From NCBI GenBank assembly GCA_018714345.1, contig DVNO01000036.1, positions 240 through 64,239 of the forward strand: a DNA stretch of 64,000 nucleotides. Direction: 5' to 3'. Origin of the DNA: Candidatus Enterousia avicola. Its GTDB lineage: Bacteria; Pseudomonadota; Alphaproteobacteria; Rs-D84. Under the pieces are notes generated by a model that saw only the letters and a list, made by a program, of their open reading frames with translations, ran no database searches and was not told the DNA's origin. The position numbers and the translations under genes are program-made. The stretch's first letter is position 1. Each line of letters begins with the position of its first letter. Below, piece after piece: positions 58,715 through 64,000 of this stretch.

Positions 58715-60346
58715 ATGGATTTTTCAATGCATATGAATAGATTTTTTGCTTTTTTGGCTTTATTGATGGTTACGGGATGCGTCTCGGAACCCGTTCAGCA
58801 AACGAACTGGTTTAGCGAATATGGAACGCTAGAAACAGGTACACCTATACAAATGCAATATGGTTCACCGGACATGCAACCGGGCGACCCATCAGATAAT
58901 CTTATAGGTGCCCCCGTACACAGGATGGCAGTAATGTTGCCATTGTCTGGCAATGCAGCATCTACTGGTCAATCAATAAGAACTTCTATTGAAGCGGCCG
59001 TATTGCAAAACGCCCCTATGAATCTGTCTGTTGCATTTTATGACACATCATCAAATATTACAGACGCAATAAATACTGTATTATCAGATAATCCAGAAGT
59101 CATAATAGGCCCAGTATTTTCAAGCGATGTCCGTGCATTACGAAACGCAAAACCAGAAGACCTGCCGGTATTATCATTCACGTCAGACGCCGCATCTATC
59201 GGGGATGGGGTCATGACAATGGCATTAATGCCAACAAATGGCGTTGAAGCAATTGTAAAAGAAATGTCTTTGGATGGAATAAAGGGTTTTATAATCTTGG
59301 CACCAGACACATTGTCTGGGAAATTGATGGCTGGCGCCGCGGTTGAAGCGTCCGAAATATATAATGTGCCAACAAAGGGTATATTTTATTATAAAGAAAA
59401 AAACTCAGAGTCCATAAAGAACACAACTATTGCAGCATCTATGAATGCGGCACGTACAGCTGCAAATACCCGTGCACGAGAAATATTATCAGATATACTA
59501 GTTTCTGAACGATTAACCGCTCTTGAGAAATCGTCTCTGACCTTACAATTGGAACGCATGTCAAAACTTGAAACTATTGGTTCATTGCCATATGATGCAG
59601 TTCTATTTTTAGGCAATGGTGATGATGCGGAAAGTTTAGCATCATTTTTACGCTATTATGGTGTAAGTTCCAAAGAGGCAAAATTTTACGGAACAGCACT
59701 ATGGGAAGGTTCAGATATTGCAAATGATTTCACAATGATTGGTGCAAAATATGCAGCATTACCGGATACTGCACCAGAGTTCGTAAATTTATACGAACGC
59801 ATATCTAATTCCAAACCAAATCACCTATCAGGTTTTGGTTATGACGCCGCCAACATGGCAATGGGGATGATATATTCACCAAAAACTGATGCAGCGTACT
59901 TACTAGATCCAAGTGGTTATGCTGGTGTAGAGGGACTATATCGTTTAAAACCGACCGGTGAAAACGAGCGTGCATTAAATATAGTACAACTGGCTGGGAA
60001 CGGCACAACTGAAATCGTCAGAGAGGCAAACAAAAATTTCCTGACTCCAATTTATAACATAGAACAGACCAAGGTAAAGCCTGCAAATGCAATGGATTTG
60101 GAAACACCTGGTATAAATCCAAACGACTATATAAGCATTCCACAGCGTCTGCAAAGCAAATATAAATCCAAGACCTATGGGGCACACATCACTCGCGCCC
60201 CTATCACACAACCTCAACAAGTTGAAAGCATTGTGATTTTACCCGAAGATGATAGTGACCCTGTAATAACATCACCCGACTTTCAACCAATAACGCTTGA
60301 ATCGGTTGACCGCAGCTATATCGACAGCATAGAGATAGAAGAATGA
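58715..60346 (+). CDS. periplasmic-binding-fold lipoprotein (LpoA-like / PBP activator-like)
   Basis: Lipobox LMVTGC, type-I periplasmic binding protein fold, and divergent from rsmI as yraM is in E. coli. Confidence 0.5.
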   Translation: MDFSMHMNRFFAFLALLMVTGCVSEPVQQTNWFSEYGTLETGTPIQMQYGSPDMQPGDPSDNLIGAPVHRMAVMLPLSGNAASTGQSIRTSIEAAVLQNAPMNLSVAFYDTSSNITDAINTVLSDNPEVIIGPVFSSDVRALRNAKPEDLPVLSFTSDAASIGDGVMTMALMPTNGVEAIVKEMSLDGIKGFIILAPDTLSGKLMAGAAVEASEIYNVPTKGIFYYKEKNSESIKNTTIAASMNAARTAANTRAREILSDILVSERLTALEKSSLTLQLERMSKLETIGSLPYDAVLFLGNGDDAESLASFLRYYGVSSKEAKFYGTALWEGSDIANDFTMIGAKYAALPDTAPEFVNLYERISNSKPNHLSGFGYDAANMAMGMIYSPKTDAAYLLDPSGYAGVEGLYRLKPTGENERALNIVQLAGNGTTEIVREANKNFLTPIYNIEQTKVKPANAMDLETPGINPNDYISIPQRLQSKYKSKTYGAHITRAPITQPQQVESIVILPEDDSDPVITSPDFQPITLESVDRSYIDSIEIEE

Positions 60347-60367
60347 AAACATTTAACCAACGCTAAT

Positions 60368-60400
60368 AAAAACACCGCTATATGCGGCGTTTTCTTATTC
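60368..60400. repeat. terminator-like palindromic element aaaaacaccgc-N5-gcggYgtttcttatt, copy 1 of 3
   Basis: AAAAACACCGCtatatGCGGCGTTTTCTTATTC shares its flanks and stem with the two elements at 63687 and 63857. Confidence 0.45.
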
Positions 60401-60949
60401 CTGTGGAATATCACTTTTATTGACTACCTCAATACCTGTTTCAAAAGTGTCTATGAACTGCCAATTTCCGCCATCCAGGACAAAATGGAAACATTGGCAA
60501 TTCTTTATGTTACCAATCTTTGCACCCGCCGCATAACATAATGCACGTGTCACACCACCATGTGAAGATATTGCAACGTCTTTATAACCAGATTGAGATA
60601 CAATTCTATCCAAACATTCCTTAATACGGTTAAAATTGTCATCTACCCTCTGCTGTACCTCTGGTCTATCGTTATACCAGAAACCAAACGCTGCCTCTAT
60701 CAGGTTATCATCAGTGATAATTTTAATTCCTGGATGACGTTCCGCAACAATTTCCGCCGTATGAACAGCACGCTTTAACGGGGAAGAATAAATCACATCA
60801 AGGTTCTTATCCGACAAATATTCTGCCAATCGTTTTGCCTGCCTAATTCCAGCATCAGTCAAAAAAGATTCTGGATGCGGCACTTCTTTAGCACCAGCAA
60901 CATTTTCATTCGTTTGTCCATGCCGAAAGAAATAAAAATTCCGTTTCAT
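60395..60949 (-). CDS. histidine phosphatase family protein (PGAM-like)
   Basis: RHG motif FYFFRHGQT. Its start overlaps the upstream lipoprotein stop (TAATG). Confidence 0.8.
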   Translation of the reverse strand: MKRNFYFFRHGQTNENVAGAKEVPHPESFLTDAGIRQAKRLAEYLSDKNLDVIYSSPLKRAVHTAEIVAERHPGIKIITDDNLIEAAFGFWYNDRPEVQQRVDDNFNRIKECLDRIVSQSGYKDVAISSHGGVTRALCYAAGAKIGNIKNCQCFHFVLDGGNWQFIDTFETGIEVVNKSDIPQE

Positions 60950-61719
60950 TATTTATCTAAGCTCATATCTTTTATAAACTCATTCAAACGTTTTAAAACA
61001 TCACAAGCGTCCTCTTCATAGTCGTACATTATACCGTCATTGCTATAAAATTTCATATCTGAATAATCCCAATATGGACTTACTGAAAAAGCTTCTTCTT
61101 GCGTTAAAACGAAACTTCCTTTAGACGGTATATGAATCAACAACTCATTACATTCATCATTTGCACATAATACTTTCTCATTTATTTCGTTTATACATTT
61201 TTCTGTGGCATTTGGCATTTTATAATTATGATCAAATGGCACATTTACAGAATGACTTTCATCTACATATTCTTCATTAACTGGATAACAAGAATAGCCT
61301 ATCGACATTACATCACCAGTCTTTTCTGATATAAAATTTTCATCATCAAAAGATAAATCATATTGTTTTATCACTCTGTTAGATATATCAGCAAAAATGC
61401 TTATAGTTGCATCCCGATTAGTACCTGGCAAAATACCTTTATAGGTTATATAAACATCTCCGAAAATCCCAGAAAAACGTTCCTCTGACTTTTTCACAAA
61501 ATTTATACTTTCTCCATTTACAGTAACAACGGCATAGTCATCAAAAGTTTTAAGATTTAAAAATAAATCTGTTGTTTTATCTATATCTTGTTCCGATAAA
61601 GTAGCCTCGCTATTTTTTTCCAATCCTGACGACACAAGACAATGTAATTCTGCATCTGAAGTTTTTTTATCACACGCTGCTAGTAATATGATCGGTAGTA
61701 AAAAAAGCAATTTTTTCAT
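60949..61719 (-). CDS. lipoprotein, hypothetical (paralog B)
   Basis: Lipobox LLAACDKK. The C-terminal motif ...DACDVLKRLNEFI is shared with the neighbouring gene. Confidence 0.5.
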   Translation of the reverse strand: MKKLLFLLPIILLAACDKKTSDAELHCLVSSGLEKNSEATLSEQDIDKTTDLFLNLKTFDDYAVVTVNGESINFVKKSEERFSGIFGDVYITYKGILPGTNRDATISIFADISNRVIKQYDLSFDDENFISEKTGDVMSIGYSCYPVNEEYVDESHSVNVPFDHNYKMPNATEKCINEINEKVLCANDECNELLIHIPSKGSFVLTQEEAFSVSPYWDYSDMKFYSNDGIMYDYEEDACDVLKRLNEFIKDMSLDK

Positions 61720-61756
61720 ATTCGTCTCCTCTTTATTATAAATTTTATTAATTACA

Positions 61757-62608
61757 TCATTGACCTATAACTACAACTTCATCATCGTCACATGATATTG
61801 TTACTACTTCTCCAGCTGATATGTATACCGAGTTTTCTGATTCTTTTATATATTCAGAATCTATATGTGTTGCAATATACTCTCGCAAACGATTTGCAAT
61901 TTCACAAGCATGTTTAACATCATCTGGGTAATAGCGTGCATTCAGCAAATAGAAATGATTCAGTTCAATCCCATTAAACATCTCTTTTATCACGCTATTA
62001 CTAATATTCATTTCACGCCCTGTCTTTTCATCGAACACCAGAACACCCTTTTCCCCATCAAATAATAATTGTTCTTCTAAATACTCCAAACAATTCTTAA
62101 CCTCTTTAAGCTGTTCAACAGGAATATCTTTTATCGACACATCAACAGGATATAAAACCGGCTCACAGGTTGTTCCAACCAGATATTCACCATCAGGAAC
62201 GGTTTCACCATCTGCCATTTTTAAATTATTGTCCGTTGCAGGCCATAATGTAAATCTTAATCCACCTGTTAATCCGCTATGATTCAGAACAAACTTAATT
62301 TTACCAGGAATCTCATAAATTCCTTCTTCATTTATAGGCAGCGACACTTCTATCTCATCATCTATTTGGGGGATCTGATTATATAGCCATGTATGATCCG
62401 CCAACCACATATTACTTTGTCCCTTTGCCTTTGCCCGTAATTCTTTTGTTAAACGCTTTATGACTAAATCTGCACGAGTGTCATAAACCTTGGCATCAAC
62501 AATCAACTGGCCCTTAGCTCCGTCTTCACAAACCATTTGCAAATCATACTGAGGGCGGTCACAGGCAGCCAAACCTAATAGGCAAATAAAGAAAAACAAG
62601 CGTTTCAT
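61757..62608 (-). CDS. lipoprotein, hypothetical (paralog A)
   Basis: Lipobox LGLAACDR. C-terminal motif ...HACEIANRLREYI. Confidence 0.5.
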   Translation of the reverse strand: MKRLFFFICLLGLAACDRPQYDLQMVCEDGAKGQLIVDAKVYDTRADLVIKRLTKELRAKAKGQSNMWLADHTWLYNQIPQIDDEIEVSLPINEEGIYEIPGKIKFVLNHSGLTGGLRFTLWPATDNNLKMADGETVPDGEYLVGTTCEPVLYPVDVSIKDIPVEQLKEVKNCLEYLEEQLLFDGEKGVLVFDEKTGREMNISNSVIKEMFNGIELNHFYLLNARYYPDDVKHACEIANRLREYIATHIDSEYIKESENSVYISAGEVVTISCDDDEVVVIGQ

Positions 62609-62716
62609 AAAATCTCCTTTTCCTGTGATTATATCACAAATGTAATAAAATACATATGCCTTAATTCAACAAGCTAATACATAAAGATATGCTACAATTC
62701 CAACAAGTTTTTTTAT

Positions 62717-63000
62717 ATGCGCCCCATATATTTCAAATTAAAGAATGGTGAAACAGTAAAAATTCGCCGTATAAACGCAAACGGCTATGGTGACTTTATG
62801 CATTTTTTGAAAAAGTTCACGACTGGTTCTGGTGAAAAATGGGCCGATCAATACATAAACTGGAAACTACAGCTCATCAAAAGAATATTCGTTCAATAGG
62901 CAATTTGCTAAAAAATGGTTATGAAATGCATGACACGGCATTCATAGATGATCAATGGCATAACGAATACATAATGGAAAAGATTCTAGATAACAGATAA
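62717..63000 (+). pseudogene. possible GNAT acetyltransferase gene remnant, frameshifted and truncated
   Basis: A 60-aa ORF is followed, in a different frame, by ...GYEMHDTAFIDDQWHNEYIMEKILDNR, which resembles a GNAT C-terminus. The total is far too short for an intact GNAT. Confidence 0.25.
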
Positions 63001-63119
63001 TATATTGCAAATTATAATAAAAAAGGCCCGGTAAAATCCGCCAATTTCTGTAAATTAATCCTGTAAAAATAAGTTATAATTTGATAAAATAAGAATGTTA
63101 TTAAGGAGTTCATTAAAAA

Positions 63120-63683
63120 ATGAAAAAGAAAGATATTGAAATTTTAAAAGACGTTTTAAATGCCTTATTGGATAAAAGTCAAGATGTAAAAATAGAAACA
63201 CTTTGGCCAGAGTCAGGGTCTAAAAATCCAAGGATCCCACAAAAAAATTATAGCAAAGGGCCAATATCTACAAACCATATGAATGCAGATAGTGTAACCC
63301 TTGGTTCTGGAACAACAATTAGACGAATAAGGGAAACACCGACAAAACACCCAAAAGGTTATGAAATTGATACTGGGTGGCATTGGATAGTACGAAGCCC
63401 ACATGGTGACGCGTTCTTTACCCAAAGCGATAAAGATCTCCTTCAATTATGGGGTGCAGCACTAAACAAGGCCGATAAACTTTGGGGTAAAAGGACCGAA
63501 GAAGAAATCACAAATATTTTATATGATAATATAGAAAACCAAGAGTTACGCAATATTCTGAAAGAAGGTCCAACAAAAACGGAGCCTAAAAACAAGTATG
63601 AAAAAGCACTTTTAAGCTTAAAAGCACTTGGGGTAACACCAAAAAAATTAGCTGAATATATTGCAAGCAAACAAAACGACTAA
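63120..63683 (+). CDS. hypothetical protein (187 aa)
   Basis: SD AAGGAG 10 nt upstream. No recognisable motif. It sits adjacent to the duplicated tRNA 3'-end repeat. Confidence 0.5.
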   Translation: MKKKDIEILKDVLNALLDKSQDVKIETLWPESGSKNPRIPQKNYSKGPISTNHMNADSVTLGSGTTIRRIRETPTKHPKGYEIDTGWHWIVRSPHGDAFFTQSDKDLLQLWGAALNKADKLWGKRTEEEITNILYDNIENQELRNILKEGPTKTEPKNKYEKALLSLKALGVTPKKLAEYIASKQND

Positions 63684-63686
63684 GAA

Positions 63687-63738
63687 AAAAAACACCGCGC
63701 AAGGCGGTGTTTCTTATTGTGGTGGGAGTGGGTGGATT
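63687..63738. repeat. 52-bp direct repeat, distal copy: terminator hairpin plus the last 19 nt of tRNA-Tyr
   Basis: Identical to 63857..63908 (aaaaaacaccgcgcaaggcggtgtttcttattgtggtgggagtgggtggatt). Confidence 0.85.
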
Positions 63739-63744
63739 GTAATT

Positions 63745-63771
63745 CCCAACGCAACAAAACTTTGCGTTGGG
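63745..63771. other. perfect 10-bp-stem hairpin within the inter-repeat spacer
   Basis: cccaacgcaa-caaaact-ttgcgttggg. Confidence 0.6.
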
Positions 63772-63856
63772 CCCCTTTCACTACGCACTTCGTGCTTGTT
63801 CCGAACCAAACAATCTAACGATTGTATGTCCTAATCCTTGTGCCACATCACACAAT

Positions 63857-63908
63857 AAAAAACACCGCGCAAGGCGGTGTTTCTTATTGTGGTGGGAGTG
63901 GGTGGATT
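63857..63908. repeat. 52-bp direct repeat, proximal copy: overlaps the tRNA-Tyr 3' end and its terminator
   Basis: See the distal copy. The first 33 nt form the ACACCGC-GCAAG-GCGGTGT hairpin and T-run that terminates the tRNA on the minus strand. Confidence 0.85.
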
Positions 63909-63976
63909 CGAACCACCTCAGGCTTAAGCCAACAGATTTACAGTCTGCCCCGGCTCTCCAACTCCGGCGCACGCCC
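63890..63976 (-). tRNA. tRNA-Tyr (anticodon GUA), type II with long variable arm
   Basis: Minus-strand sequence GGGCGTG CG CCGG AGTTGGAGAG CCGG G GCAGA CTGTAAA TCTGT TGGCTTAAGCCTGA GGTGG TTCGAAT CCACC CACTCCC A CCA. The T-loop is TTCGAAT. The anticodon loop has U33, GUA and A37. The D-arm is CCGG/CCGG with GG in the loop. CCA is encoded. Caveats: one C4:U69 acceptor mismatch and a C at position 8. Confidence 0.55.
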
Positions 63977-64000
63977 AATCCCTTGGTGCGGGCAGCGGGA

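Noticed and set aside
63890-63976. tmRNA (ssrA) acceptor piece as an alternative to a tRNA
   Set aside because: The T-arm and ACCA end resemble a tmRNA 3' end, and alphaproteobacteria do have permuted two-piece tmRNA. However, the element also has a proper D-arm (CCGG/CCGG with GG in the loop) and a 7-nt anticodon loop carrying U33-GUA-A37, so tRNA-Tyr fits better.
1-64000. CRISPR arrays, IS elements or transposases, rRNA, restriction-modification, CBASS/retron-type defence genes
   Set aside because: I looked for regularly spaced short repeats, terminal inverted repeats with DDE or HTH ORFs, and the signature defence-system domains. None was found. The only notable repeats are the 52-bp tRNA-associated direct repeat and the three terminator-like palindromes.

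Overview
This window looks like a low-GC alphaproteobacterial chromosome segment, probably from a Rickettsiales- or Holosporales-like endosymbiont. It is densely packed with housekeeping genes. Identified by protein motifs: thrS, gltX, trmB, rarA, fabD, ftsK, secDF-yajC, mutL, greA, an lptF/G-family permease, xerD, trxB, serS, typA/bipA, recA, secB, mltA, ruvC, yebC, ruvA, mnmE, xth, an addB-like nuclease, engB and rsmI. One tRNA-Tyr(GUA) sits at the 3' edge on the minus strand. Most convergent gene pairs are separated by clear rho-independent terminators. No CRISPR array, IS element, transposase or rRNA was seen.

The accessory or unusual loci are:
- A tightly coupled four-gene cassette at 7.2-9.3 kb: a membrane-anchored protein with a long P/S/Q-rich linker, two small proteins (one with a SUKH/SMI1-KNR4-like signature) and an RHH_4 protein. 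This is my best candidate for an undescribed toxin/immunity or host-interaction module.
- An in-frame YbeY-Lnt fusion.
- A 645-aa protein combining membrane helices, a GH24 lysozyme domain and TPR repeats.
- A MucR/Ros regulator that has lost three of its four zinc ligands.
- An S41 (CtpA-like) protease homolog with both catalytic-dyad residues substituted.
- An AT-rich six-gene glycosyltransferase island next to recA.
- A translationally coupled pair of secreted proteins between ruvC and yebC, one with four Gly/Ala/Thr-rich glycine-zipper-like segments.
- A subtilisin-like S8 peptidase wedged between ruvA and mnmE, where ruvB normally sits.
- Tandem outer-membrane-protein paralogs and tandem lipoprotein paralogs.
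- A 52-bp direct repeat that duplicates the tRNA-Tyr 3' end plus its terminator, which suggests an integration scar or local duplication.

Every call rests on my reading of the translated ORFs and DNA motifs. No database search was possible.
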